Below are positions 49,864 to 59,613 of a stretch of DNA of 64,000 bases, piece after piece. The notes under the pieces were generated by a model. That model did no database searches, was not told where the DNA came from, and saw only the letters and a program-made list of their open reading frames with translations. Position numbers and translations under genes: made by a program. Source of the DNA: an uncultured Pseudobdellovibrionaceae bacterium. Lineage in GTDB: Bacteria > Patescibacteriota > Minisyncoccia > Moranbacterales > GCA-2747515. The stretch lies in assembly GCA_964463705.1 (NCBI GenBank), contig CAYXCH010000006.1, positions 32,576 through 96,575 on the forward strand, given 5' to 3'. Numbering within the stretch: the stretch's first letter is position 1; each line of letters begins with the position of its first letter.

Positions 49864-51276
49864 CTACAGGTTACGCAACTTCTTTCTCAATGTGTCAAGA
49901 TCCGAACGCAATGTCGCATCTTGAGTACTGTTTTTTCTTACCTTACGATACCCATGCATAACGGTGGAATGATCTCGTCCGCCCAATTGCGATCCAATTT
50001 CCGGAAACGAGAGATTGAGCTCTTCTCTTAGCAGGTACATGGCGGCATGACGCGCTCCGGCAATTGCTTTTTTTCGTGATGTGCCGCGTAAATCGTCCGG
50101 GGATACACCAAAGTGCTCCGCTACAAGTTCAAGTACCGAGGAGGCGGTATTTGCCGGTGTGTTTCGCGTCACGTGCGGAGCAAGGATTTCCTCTACAACG
50201 GCACGAGACGGAATACGATTATGGAATGTACACAGAGCGGCGATTTTATTTAATGCTCCCTCTAACTCACGGACATTTTGCGCCACATGTTTGGCGATAA
50301 ACTGTGCGGCATCTTCCGGGAGAATAAGATCTTTTTCATCCGCTTTTTTTTGCAGAATCGCTACCCGAGTTTCAAAGTCCGGTGGGCTAATGTCCGCAAT
50401 CATACCACCTTCAAAGCGAGAGCGCAGGCGATCTTCCAGTGTGGCGATTTCGTGAGGTGGACGATCGGAGGAAATGATAATTTGCTTGTTTTGTTGGTAC
50501 AGATGGTTAAAGATATGGAAAAATTCATCTTGTGTTTTCTCTTTTCCCGCCAAAAATTGTACATCATCAATAATCAGTAGATCAATTTCTCTATAGAGGC
50601 GCTTAAAATCGGAGATGGTGTTATTGTGAATGGCATCAATCAATTCACTGGTAAATCGCTCCGAAGAGGTGTAAAGTACGCGTTTAGTGGGATCATTTTT
50701 GACAATAGCATTTCCAATCGCTTGCAGGAGGTGCGTTTTTCCCAGTCCGACATCGCCATAAATAAATAAAGGGTTGTAGGCGCTTCCCGGAGTGGCGGCA
50801 ACTGTTCGTCCCGCAGCATGTGCCAATTCGTTATGAGAGCCGACGATAAAATTGTCAAAAGTATATCGTGTGTTGAGATAGGTATTTGTTTGCGGTGTCG
50901 GTTTCGTGCGAGGAGTGGTAATCGGAGGTGTGGTTGGTGTGGATGATGTTGGACGAAGTGTTGGGCGCTTTGGTTTTGAGGGTAGGGTGGATGGTGCTCC
51001 AACACGGACGGCATCTACACTTCGTGGAGGTGCGGCAACAAGATTGCACCGGATTCGTGTAACATTCGGTGCATGTTTTTTTAGTGCGCGAACTACAATA
51101 TCGGCACACTTGGTTTCAATCCAACTTTTAGCAAACCCGTTTGGTGTACGGATGACCGCACAATCTCCTTCAATGGACTCCAGGGCGGTATTTTTGAACC
51201 ATGTAATAAAATTTGCGCGAGAAATGGATAACTCAATTTCCCCCAGCGCCGCTGTGTACAATTTTTGTAGATCCAT
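49864..51276 (-). CDS. dnaA: Chromosomal replication initiator
   Basis: YTFDNF, NPLFIYGDVGLGKTHL, DDVQF, RLRSRF, RELEGA, RDHSTV. Confidence 0.98.
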   Translation of the reverse strand: MDLQKLYTAALGEIELSISRANFITWFKNTALESIEGDCAVIRTPNGFAKSWIETKCADIVVRALKKHAPNVTRIRCNLVAAPPRSVDAVRVGAPSTLPSKPKRPTLRPTSSTPTTPPITTPRTKPTPQTNTYLNTRYTFDNFIVGSHNELAHAAGRTVAATPGSAYNPLFIYGDVGLGKTHLLQAIGNAIVKNDPTKRVLYTSSERFTSELIDAIHNNTISDFKRLYREIDLLIIDDVQFLAGKEKTQDEFFHIFNHLYQQNKQIIISSDRPPHEIATLEDRLRSRFEGGMIADISPPDFETRVAILQKKADEKDLILPEDAAQFIAKHVAQNVRELEGALNKIAALCTFHNRIPSRAVVEEILAPHVTRNTPANTASSVLELVAEHFGVSPDDLRGTSRKKAIAGARHAAMYLLREELNLSFPEIGSQLGGRDHSTVMHGYRKVRKNSTQDATLRSDLDTLRKKLRNL

Positions 51277-51514
51277 AGGAAAAATGTATTGCGTTTGGTT
51301 TTAGTTTACCACATGACAATAGTTGTTGTGGAAAACTGTGGAAAAAATAGTGGAAAACATGATACTTTTTCACAGTGTTATAAAAAAACGTTGGAAATAA
51401 AAGAAAACTTCTGTACATATAGTACAAAAGTTTTCCACAGTTTGATAATAATTAAGATGAAAAAACTGTAGGAGAATTAATATAATTTCCCATTATGAAA
51501 GTGATTTTTCCACA
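51277..51514. promoter_or_regulatory. oriC part 1 / dnaA promoter DnaA-box cluster
   Basis: TTWTNCACA matches at 51327, 51337 (reverse), 51366, 51431 and 51506; very AT-rich. Confidence 0.82.
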
Positions 51515-53244
51515 GTTTCTTGTGTATAAACATGTAAAACATCACCTTTTTTAATTCGCACCGGTGTTGTGATTTGTATTCCACACTCTTTTCCGCTCGT
51601 AATCACATCCGTATCCATTGCACCCTCTTTAATTCCCGTAATTTCTCCCACTGCCAACTCTGTTCCGTCTCGCATGATACGAGCAAAGGTGTTGGGCCGC
51701 AATTCTCCCGTATCCACAATACCCCCGATAATCATGCGCTGTTGTTCTTTGTGGAAAATTGCCAGCACATCAACGGTCCCAATATCGGTGCGGATAACTT
51801 CATCGGGAAGGTTGTCCAACAATGTTGCTGTAATGGCGTCCACCACTTCATAGATAATGGAATATGTTTCAATCGTAACACCACGATCCTCTGCCATTCG
51901 TCGCGCAACAGAGGTGGCGTGAATATTAAACCCGTAAATGCGTGCTCCGGCACTTTGTGCAAGTTTAACATCGGACTCCGTAATATTTCCCACTCCGGTG
52001 GATACAATATCCAATGCGATTTTTTTCTTCGGAATAGTGTCCAAAATTTGTATGATTGCTTCAATAGATCCTTGAACATCCGCTTTAATGAGAATGGGAA
52101 GATGTGGAATATCATCCTCGGTTTTCTTTGTAGTGACTTCTCCCTCTGCGCGGCGCGCTTTGGCACGGGCGATTTGTTTTCCACTCACGACTTGTACAAC
52201 ATCATTGACATCCGGAGCATCGTTGAGTCCGTAAATTGTAACAGCGCTACTGGGTGGTGCACTGGAAACACTGCGTCCCGTATGATCTTCCATGCGACGA
52301 ATGCGCCCATGAGTGGATCCAACAGTAACATCATGTCCCACTTTTAGTGTTCCCGTTTTTACAACAACAGTTGCGGTCGCTCCCTTTTTTGGATCTCTGT
52401 GGGATTCCAATACCACCGCCAACCCATCACGTTCCTCATCGGCACGGTAATCTTCCACTTCCGCCAGCAATAGAATATTTTCCAATAAATCACCGATTCC
52501 GATATTGTTTTTCGCACTGATTTCATTGCAAATGATATCACCGCCCCACTCTTCAATCATCAATCCATGCTCCGCAAGCTCTTGTTTTACTTTTGCAACA
52601 TTGGCGGTGGGTTTATCAATTTTATTGATGGCAACAATTGTTTTGATATTGCGCTCTTTAATATATGCAATCACTTCCTCTGTTTGCGGACGAATACCAT
52701 CATCGGCGGCGACGATAAGAATTGCAATATCGGCAAGTGACGCTCCGCGCTCACGCATGGCGGCAAATGCCGCGTGTCCCGGAGTATCAATAAAAGTAAT
52801 GAATTTCCCTCGTTTTTTGACTTGATACGCACTGATATGTTGCGTAATGCCCCCCGCTTCACTTGCTGCAACACTGGCGGCGCGAATTGTGTCCAATAGT
52901 GTTGTTTTTCCATGATCAACATGTCCGAGAATTGTGACAACCGGCGGACGGCTGCGGAGATTTTTTCCACTTTCTCGCTCTTTTTCGCAAATTGTCAAGA
53001 CATCTTCCAGCGTCAGTGTATCATCATCGCCAACGGTAACATCAGGATGTGGAGAAAATCCCAAATCTTCCGCGATAATCACCGCCGTTTCATAATCAAT
53101 ATCTTCATTGATGGTTGCCATGATGCCGTTTTTCATCAACTCACCGATAACGGTGGTAACCGGCAATTCCATAATTTCCGCCAATCGTTTAACGGTTACG
53201 CGATCGGGAATGGCGATTTCGCGAAGTGAAGAAGATGTTGTCAT
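51493..53244 (-). CDS. infB: Translation initiation factor IF-2
   Basis: RPPVVTILGHVDHGKTTLLD, GGITQHI, DTPGH, NKID. Confidence 0.97.
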   Translation of the reverse strand: MTTSSSLREIAIPDRVTVKRLAEIMELPVTTVIGELMKNGIMATINEDIDYETAVIIAEDLGFSPHPDVTVGDDDTLTLEDVLTICEKERESGKNLRSRPPVVTILGHVDHGKTTLLDTIRAASVAASEAGGITQHISAYQVKKRGKFITFIDTPGHAAFAAMRERGASLADIAILIVAADDGIRPQTEEVIAYIKERNIKTIVAINKIDKPTANVAKVKQELAEHGLMIEEWGGDIICNEISAKNNIGIGDLLENILLLAEVEDYRADEERDGLAVVLESHRDPKKGATATVVVKTGTLKVGHDVTVGSTHGRIRRMEDHTGRSVSSAPPSSAVTIYGLNDAPDVNDVVQVVSGKQIARAKARRAEGEVTTKKTEDDIPHLPILIKADVQGSIEAIIQILDTIPKKKIALDIVSTGVGNITESDVKLAQSAGARIYGFNIHATSVARRMAEDRGVTIETYSIIYEVVDAITATLLDNLPDEVIRTDIGTVDVLAIFHKEQQRMIIGGIVDTGELRPNTFARIMRDGTELAVGEITGIKEGAMDTDVITSGKECGIQITTPVRIKKGDVLHVYTQETVEKSLS

Positions 53245-53254
53245 AGGTGTCAGT

Positions 53255-53749
53255 TTAATTCTGTTCAGTAGTGGCGCGTGTTAGCGCCTCCCGCTCTTCA
53301 TCGGAAAGAGTGTAGGGAGAAGTATGATTGGTTAATGGTTTCGCATAAATTCGCGTTCCATCTCTTGTATGCAGAGAAGAAACGATAACACCGTCCCCGT
53401 GAGCATTAAGGAGTGCAAGAGCGAAACTTTGATCTCCACCCAAATCTTTGAACGGATTATACCGCACAACATGAACATGATGAATACTGCGATGGGCAAT
53501 GGCGCGTGTAGCGTCATGCTCCTCTCGTAAAGCGGAAATCTCCGCACGGAGCGCATCCAATTCTTTGTTATGGGCGTGAATTGTGTCTTCCAGAGTGGCG
53601 CCACGCTTTCCTCGTGTCAAATGCGCCACCGTTTGTGTCAGTTGTCGATAACGAAACCAAAGGAATACCAGTGCGCCAATAACAATACACAGCGCACAGG
53701 CAAGTGCGACCACAGCCCAAATGAGTTCATGTGGTGAAAGCGGTATCAT
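53255..53749 (-). CDS. DUF4446-family membrane protein
   Basis: TM, coiled coil, VRYNPFKDLGGDQSFALALL, YAKP, LSDEE. Confidence 0.8.
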   Translation of the reverse strand: MIPLSPHELIWAVVALACALCIVIGALVFLWFRYRQLTQTVAHLTRGKRGATLEDTIHAHNKELDALRAEISALREEHDATRAIAHRSIHHVHVVRYNPFKDLGGDQSFALALLNAHGDGVIVSSLHTRDGTRIYAKPLTNHTSPYTLSDEEREALTRATTEQN

Positions 53750-53823
53750 GTCTTTACGCTATCACTTCTTTGCGATATTGTAAATGTTCGGTATACTAAA
53801 ATCATGGAATTAACAGCACACGG

Positions 53824-54522
53824 ATGACCCCGCGTTCGTATACGATTACACTTCGGGAGAAGCGAGAAATTGCGGAACAGACGATTGCCGCATCCTTTGT
53901 TGCTGATCAAGAAGTTGTGTTTCGTCCCGGACAGTTTGCCACATTGCGTAATCCCTCATTAAGCCCGCAAGAGGCAACACGAGTGTTTTCTTTTGCGTCC
54001 GCCCCATCAGATACGGAGCTATTGTTTGTATGGCGACACAGTGACAGTGTGTGGAAACGTGCCGCCGCCGAAATGGCACCGGGAGAAACGCTCACAATGA
54101 TTGCTCCCGCCGGACACGCAACGATTCCGGAGGGGTTACCGGTGGTATTTTTGGTGGCGGGTATTGGAATTACACCGGTACGTAGCATCGTGCGTGATGC
54201 CCGATACACCGGGGTGAAAACGGATTTTGTTTTACTATACTCCAATCGGTCTCGTGCATCAACTGCATTTTTTGACGAATTTTCCCGTTATAATTCGGAG
54301 GGGGTGTGCCGAACGGTATTTACGATGACAGACGATAATCAATGGAATGGAGAGCGTTCCATGATCGATGTGGAATGTGTCCGCCGCCATGTTCCCGATA
54401 TTGCAAGGCGGCATATATACATTGTCGGCGCCGGCGGGTTTGTTCGTGCAATGGAAGGAGTGGTGGCGCAGCTGGGTATTGCCAAAGATCGCATTATTTG
54501 CGATAATTTTGGCGGTGCGTAA
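53824..54522 (+). CDS. Ferredoxin-NADP reductase-like FAD-dependent oxidoreductase
   Basis: FRPGQF, RVFSFASAP, AGIGITPVRS, YSNR. Confidence 0.88.
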   Translation: MTPRSYTITLREKREIAEQTIAASFVADQEVVFRPGQFATLRNPSLSPQEATRVFSFASAPSDTELLFVWRHSDSVWKRAAAEMAPGETLTMIAPAGHATIPEGLPVVFLVAGIGITPVRSIVRDARYTGVKTDFVLLYSNRSRASTAFFDEFSRYNSEGVCRTVFTMTDDNQWNGERSMIDVECVRRHVPDIARRHIYIVGAGGFVRAMEGVVAQLGIAKDRIICDNFGGA

Positions 54523-54564
54523 AAGAGTTGCATAGTTTAAGGTTTTCTGTTACCATAGCGGTAT

Positions 54565-54636
<72 letters not shown>

Positions 54637-54650
54637 CAAAGAATTGCAAC

Positions 54651-54932
54651 ATGAATATTACAGTGGCGGTACAAGAGAATGACGCGGTAGTGGCGTTATG
54701 TGACGGCGCGCGCGTTATTGCGGTTGGTGATGTTGTGCCGGTACGGGATGTGTCGGCACAGTTGTTCGGGGTGATTGATTCACTGTGTGAGGGTGCGGGA
54801 GTGTCTCGGGATGATATTGAGCGAATCACCGTAACATCGCCACTGTCAAACAGTGCGATTACGCAACGAGCGTTGCGGACGGTGGAGCGTGTTGTGGAGC
54901 ATGAGCGAAATCGGACACGACGCTCTTCCTAA
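54651..54932 (+). CDS. Short TsaB-like protein
   Basis: SAQLFGVIDSLCEGAGVSRDDIERITV resembles the TsaB N-terminal half. Confidence 0.45.
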   Translation: MNITVAVQENDAVVALCDGARVIAVGDVVPVRDVSAQLFGVIDSLCEGAGVSRDDIERITVTSPLSNSAITQRALRTVERVVEHERNRTRRSS

Positions 54933-54940
54933 TGCACCCG

Positions 54941-54969
54941 TTGACGATTTCAATATTTTGCGGTAAGAT
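54941..54969 (+). promoter_or_regulatory. Sigma70-type promoter of rplS
   Basis: TTGACG-17 nt-TAAGAT. Confidence 0.6.
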
Positions 54970-55025
54970 AAAGCAAGTTTGGCGTTGGTAACGCGTTTTT
55001 GTTATTGTTTGATGCAGATACTGTT

Positions 55026-55727
55026 ATGCACACAACACTGATAGAATTTAATCGTACTCAGCGGGATGCGGATGCTACAACATTTCGTGCCGGAGATGTT
55101 GTCCGTGTTCATCGGAAAATCGTTGAGGGAAACAAGGAGCGTATACAGGTTTTTGAGGGTATGGTGATTGTTATGCGCGGTGGACAGAGTTCGTCACCGA
55201 TGATGACGGTGCGAAAGGTTTCCAATGGTGTCGGAGTGGAAATTGTTGTTCCGATATATTCTCCAAATATTGTAAAGATTGAGCGTGTAAAGCGTGCAAA
55301 GGTTCGTCGAGCAAATATTCGCTTTATCCGCACCAAGCCGGTGAAAAAATTGCGATTTTCCTTTACCGACGCAAAGACGGTGGAAGAGAAAGAGGCGGCA
55401 TATCGTGCGCGAACAGCGAATGATAATACGGATGATGCCGCTGCGGCTGATACCACCACCTCCGCATCAACAGACACTCCCACCGATGATTTGACAAAGA
55501 TTGAAGGAATCGGTCCCAAAATCGCCCAAACACTTGCCGATGCCGGAATCACCACCTTTGCCGCATTGGCGGATGCAGACACGGACACAATTGAACAAAT
55601 CATCTCTTCTGTTCGCGGCTCTCACTCTCCCGCAACATGGAGCAAGCAAGCCGCCCTTGCCCGAGACGGAAAGTGGGAAGAGCTCTCCGCATGGCAAGAG
55701 GAGTTGGTTGGCGGAAAAGAAGCGTAG
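55026..55727 (+). CDS. rplS: 50S ribosomal protein L19 with C-terminal helix-hairpin-helix domain
   Basis: FRAGDVVRVH..IVEGNKERIQVFEG, VRKVSNGVGVE, KVRRA; then linker and DDLTKIEGIGPK. Confidence 0.93.
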   Translation: MHTTLIEFNRTQRDADATTFRAGDVVRVHRKIVEGNKERIQVFEGMVIVMRGGQSSSPMMTVRKVSNGVGVEIVVPIYSPNIVKIERVKRAKVRRANIRFIRTKPVKKLRFSFTDAKTVEEKEAAYRARTANDNTDDAAAADTTTSASTDTPTDDLTKIEGIGPKIAQTLADAGITTFAALADADTDTIEQIISSVRGSHSPATWSKQAALARDGKWEELSAWQEELVGGKEA

Positions 55728-55748
55728 TACGACATTTATACGTGATAT

Positions 55749-55778
55749 AAAAAGACAAGCGAACTCGCTTGTCTTTTT
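55749..55778 (+). terminator. Rho-independent terminator after rplS
   Basis: AAAAAGACAAGCG...CGCTTGTCTTTTT. Confidence 0.8.
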
Positions 55779-55808
55779 ATTATACTTCCTGTATGATTGC
55801 AGATGTAT

Positions 55809-55893
55809 GCCGTGGTGCTGGAATTGGTAGACAGGCCAGGTTGAGGGCCTGGTGTCCATTGCGGGCGTGCGGGTTCAAGTCCCGCCCACGGCA
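55809..55893 (+). tRNA. tRNA-Leu(GAG)
   Basis: Cloverleaf with long variable arm, CCAGG-TTGAGGG-CCTGG. Confidence 0.95.
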
Positions 55894-55894
55894 C

Positions 55895-55923
55895 AAAAAC
55901 ACCTCTATTGCGAGGTGTTTTTT
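55895..55923 (+). terminator. Terminator after tRNA-Leu
   Basis: AAAAACACCTC...GAGGTGTTTTT. Confidence 0.75.
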
Positions 55924-56077
55924 AGTGTGATTAATTATCGGAGCAATAAGAGTGAGAAGTTTTAAGAAGGATATGAGAGCATATGTCATATCGCGTACTT
56001 ACGGTCGGTTGTATTAAATTGAATTCGGATCAATAAATACGGCACATTCAGAAGGACGTTTTATGTTATCATGAAGT

Positions 56078-58675
56078 ATGACACAGAAACTCTTACGCCT
56101 AATTGCGAGAATTTACGGATTTTTCTTGCATCGCCGATATACGGTGACGGTACGCGGTGCTGATGTGATACGTCCCGATACCGCATCGCTAATTCTTCCC
56201 AATCACCAGGCAATGGTAGATCCGCAATTATTACTGTGTGATCTTGCATCGCGTGGTGTCATGCCGGCGCCGGTAGTGGCACGGTATATTTATGAAATTC
56301 CCGGTTTGCATACACTGTTGCGATGGATATCCGCACTCCCCATTGGAATGGAAGACGGGGAACAAAGTGTTTCGGAAACACATGCGGCAATCATATCTCA
56401 TATACGAAATGGTGGTCATGTAGTGGTGTACCCATCCGGGCAAACGCAGTCCCAAGGATATGAAATCATTGGAGCAAAGCGAACGGCGTATGAGGTGGCA
56501 AGCGCATTGCCGAATACTCGGCTAATCGGTGTACGAATTTCCGGATTATGGGGGAGTGTGTGGAGTCGGGCATATACCGGTCGTGTACCAAAATTGGAAC
56601 GCGTACTCCCCTACTCCGTTCTGATGATGATATTGAACGGTATTATATTTACACCGCGACGAACGGTTTGTATAGAATATGAGGATCTTACGGAAACATT
56701 GAGGTCCTGTACAACACGTGCGGAATTCAATGCCGCATTGGAACATTTTTACAATATAAATGGAGAAGAGACAGCACGATTTATTCCACATCATTGGTTG
56801 TTTCGCAAAACGTCCCGTTCGCTTCCGCAACACATTGAAGGAGCGAGAAATCGGCGGCTGTTTACATCGGCACAAGTTTCCGATGAGGTTCGTGCAATAG
56901 TGGATGAGGCGATTGCAACGGTGACGGACGGAGCAATTCAGTCTCCGAACGCATCCTGGCGATTGGATAAGGAGTGTGATTTGGATTCATTACAGCGTGC
57001 CGAAGTGGTAACGATGGTATGTCAGCGCTTCGAGCGACCGGTTGTGTCAGATATTTCTCGTATTCAAGTGGTGGAAGATCTTTATGCGCTGGCACGAGAA
57101 CACGAAGAAGAATCACCACTGCCACCATACGATGCAATACATACGGGAGAGTCGTCACGTCGGAAGATATCACGGAGCGCAACGATTCTGGATGCATTTT
57201 TTTCCGCCATTCAATCCTCTCCCGCATCACCATGGGTCTTTGACATCATTCGCGGCGGCGCAAGCGCGCGAAATGTGTTAATGCGAGCAATGATTGTATC
57301 AGACATTATTCGTCGGGCAACATCGCGAGAGCGAGTAGGGATTTTATTACCGGCATCACAAGGGGCGGCGATCGCTATTTTGGCATGCTATTTGTGTGGG
57401 AAGATTCCGGTGATGATAAACTGGACGGCCGGGCATCGAGCGTTGCGCCATATGGTTCGTTGCGGAATGATTGATACGATTATTACGGCGCGATCATTTT
57501 TTTCACGCATAGAGCAAGACATGCCGAAATCATTGGTGTCGCGTTATGTTTATTTGGATGTGGAGGCGTCTCGTTTGTCCCGGTGGCGAATATTGCGAGG
57601 AGTAGTGATGAGTATGATGCCGACGATACTTCATCGTCGCAATATTCCAGAAACGGCGGTTGTATTATTTACCAGTGGGAGTGAATCTCTTCCCAAGGCC
57701 GTTCCCCTGACACATCAAAATATTTTACATAATATTCAGGCGGCGTTACGTGTAGTGGACGTACGCAGTGATGATATTTTATTGGGAATCCTTCCCCCGT
57801 TTCACAGCTTTGGATTTACGGTAACGACGATTTTGCCGCTAGTGGCTGCGGTGCGTGTCGTCTATGTTCCGGATCCGACGGATGCGCGGAGTATTGTGCG
57901 AGCAATCGCACATACGAATGCCACGCTGTTCCCCACTGCCCCGACGTTTTTGCGTTCCGTGGTATCTGCATCGGCGGACGGTGCGTTATCATCGTTGAGA
58001 ATTATTTTGACCGGTGCGGAAGCTTGTGATACGGCACTGCGCCATGCTTGTCAGCGAGTTGCTCCCGGAGCGCAAATTTATGAAGGATATGGAGTAACGG
58101 AGTGTTCGCCGGTAGTAACTCTTGCCACTACTCCACATACCGGTGTCGGTGCGCCGTTACCGGGAGTGCACGTCAGCGTGCGAGATATTCAAACTCATGA
58201 AGAATGTCCACCGTCACAGTTGGGAATGATTTGGGTCCATGGCCCCAACGTATTTAACGGTTATGAGTGCGTGAAGAATACGGATACCTTTCGGATGTTT
58301 GATCATCGGCGATACTATAAAACGGGAGATCTTGGAGTGTTAGATAAGGAAGGAAATCTTTTCCTGCGCGGTCGTCTTAAGCGGTTTGTTAAGGTGGGAG
58401 GAGAAATGGTTAGCTTACCGATGATTGAGGAGATGATTTCAGACATATTTCCCGACAACGAAGATGGTCCACAGTATGCAGTGGTATCCGATGCCTCGGA
58501 TCACATACTATGTGTAACCGTTTGTCGTGATATTACGCGGGAGCATATCAATGATGCATTAGTGCGGCACGGTGCTCCGCGTGTTGCACGCGTGGCGGCG
58601 ATCCGGTATGTGGAACGTATTCCACTATTAGGGAGTGGAAAAGTGGATTATCGCACTCTGCAAAAAAATGTATGA
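56078..58675 (+). CDS. Aas-like fusion: PlsC-type acyltransferase + acyl carrier domain + acyl-AMP ligase
   Basis: NHQAMVD (HX4D), YPSG; LDSLQRAE carrier Ser; FTSGSESLPK, EGYGVTE, YKTGD, GRLKRFVKVGGE. Confidence 0.88.
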   Translation: MTQKLLRLIARIYGFFLHRRYTVTVRGADVIRPDTASLILPNHQAMVDPQLLLCDLASRGVMPAPVVARYIYEIPGLHTLLRWISALPIGMEDGEQSVSETHAAIISHIRNGGHVVVYPSGQTQSQGYEIIGAKRTAYEVASALPNTRLIGVRISGLWGSVWSRAYTGRVPKLERVLPYSVLMMILNGIIFTPRRTVCIEYEDLTETLRSCTTRAEFNAALEHFYNINGEETARFIPHHWLFRKTSRSLPQHIEGARNRRLFTSAQVSDEVRAIVDEAIATVTDGAIQSPNASWRLDKECDLDSLQRAEVVTMVCQRFERPVVSDISRIQVVEDLYALAREHEEESPLPPYDAIHTGESSRRKISRSATILDAFFSAIQSSPASPWVFDIIRGGASARNVLMRAMIVSDIIRRATSRERVGILLPASQGAAIAILACYLCGKIPVMINWTAGHRALRHMVRCGMIDTIITARSFFSRIEQDMPKSLVSRYVYLDVEASRLSRWRILRGVVMSMMPTILHRRNIPETAVVLFTSGSESLPKAVPLTHQNILHNIQAALRVVDVRSDDILLGILPPFHSFGFTVTTILPLVAAVRVVYVPDPTDARSIVRAIAHTNATLFPTAPTFLRSVVSASADGALSSLRIILTGAEACDTALRHACQRVAPGAQIYEGYGVTECSPVVTLATTPHTGVGAPLPGVHVSVRDIQTHEECPPSQLGMIWVHGPNVFNGYECVKNTDTFRMFDHRRYYKTGDLGVLDKEGNLFLRGRLKRFVKVGGEMVSLPMIEEMISDIFPDNEDGPQYAVVSDASDHILCVTVCRDITREHINDALVRHGAPRVARVAAIRYVERIPLLGSGKVDYRTLQKNV

Positions 58676-59229
58676 TTGCCGTAGAAGTGATGTATGCTCG
58701 CGGATCGTGTCGGTGGAATATGATGCAACAACGAGTACGAGCACGACAGTGTTGTCGTCGTGTGGCGAAGCGATGCGGCACAGTTATTAATTGTACATCT
58801 CGGGAGTATCGTTGCGGCAATTTATGGTGGAGCACATCTCATGTATGTCGTAAAACCGATGCTGCCGTAGCGGCGGCAATTTCATCACTTGCACCGGTCG
58901 GTGTTGATGTGGAAGTCATTACTCCTCGCGACCCATCATTGCAATTACTGTTTTCTTTAGAGGAATATAATCGTGTCGGCGGACGGTCATGGGAAGCGTT
59001 TTTCCGTCTTTGGTGCGCGCGCGAGGCGGTAATAAAAGCGAGATCGCTAACATTATCCGCATTAACAACACTATGCTGTACAGACTATCGTCACAGTACA
59101 CTATGGATATCCGGTATGGGAGTAAGTATGAAAGTGTTTATGGATGTGCGGGAAGGAGTATGTATGGCGGTAACGGTTCCGCCCTCTTGTCAAAATGTGC
59201 AAGTTTGGTATACTTGTGATTGTACATAG
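58672..59229 (+). CDS. Sfp-type 4'-phosphopantetheinyl transferase
   Basis: STSH, VGVDVE, FFRLWCAREAVIKA; ATGA overlap with the upstream gene. Confidence 0.82.
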   Translation: MIAVEVMYARGSCRWNMMQQRVRARQCCRRVAKRCGTVINCTSREYRCGNLWWSTSHVCRKTDAAVAAAISSLAPVGVDVEVITPRDPSLQLLFSLEEYNRVGGRSWEAFFRLWCAREAVIKARSLTLSALTTLCCTDYRHSTLWISGMGVSMKVFMDVREGVCMAVTVPPSCQNVQVWYTCDCT

Positions 59230-59235
59230 ATGTCG

Positions 59236-59309
59236 GGGCGATTAGCTCAGTTGGTTAGAGCACTTCTCTTACAAAGAAGGGGTCAGTGGTTCGAGTCCAC
59301 TATCGCCCA
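59236..59309 (+). tRNA. tRNA-Val(TAC)
   Basis: Cloverleaf, CTTCT-CTTACAA-AGAAG. Confidence 0.95.
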
Positions 59310-59327
59310 CTGGGTAGGCATGGAGAT

Positions 59328-59399
59328 GCCGGGGTAGCTCAGTGGTAGAGCAAAGGACTGAAAATCCTTGTGTCGGCAGTTCGATTCTGCCTCCCGGCA
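59328..59399 (+). tRNA. tRNA-Phe(GAA)
   Basis: Cloverleaf, AAGGA-CTGAAAA-TCCTT. Confidence 0.95.
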
Positions 59400-59416
59400 C
59401 CTACTCGTTGCAAGCG

Positions 59417-59489
59417 GGGACCGTAGCTCAGGGGTGAGAGCAGGCGGCTCATAACCGCTTGGTCGCGGGTTCAAATCCTGCCGGTCCCA
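59417..59489 (+). tRNA. tRNA with CAT anticodon, probably tRNA-Ile2
   Basis: GGCGG-CTCATAA-CCGCT; paired G1-C72 excludes initiator; overall pattern resembles ileX. Confidence 0.88.
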
Positions 59490-59494
59490 CAATC

Positions 59495-59566
59495 GCGAGT
59501 GTCGTATAATGGTTATTATATCACCTTGCCAAGGTGGGGATGGCGGTTCGATTCCGCTCACTCGCT
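59495..59566 (+). tRNA. tRNA-Gly(GCC)
   Basis: Cloverleaf, TCACC-TTGCCAA-GGTGG. Confidence 0.93.
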
Positions 59567-59572
59567 CAGAGA

Positions 59573-59597
59573 AGCACCGTATTGTCGGTGTTTTTTT
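59573..59597 (+). terminator. Terminator after the tRNA cluster
   Basis: AGCACCG...CGGTGTT followed by a T-run. Confidence 0.65.
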
Positions 59598-59613
59598 ATG
59601 TTAGGATAAGGAT

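Noticed and set aside
51574-52347. Long antisense ORF (257 aa) opposite infB, and similar shadow ORFs elsewhere
   Set aside because: Fully overlaps a conserved gene on the other strand and has no motifs
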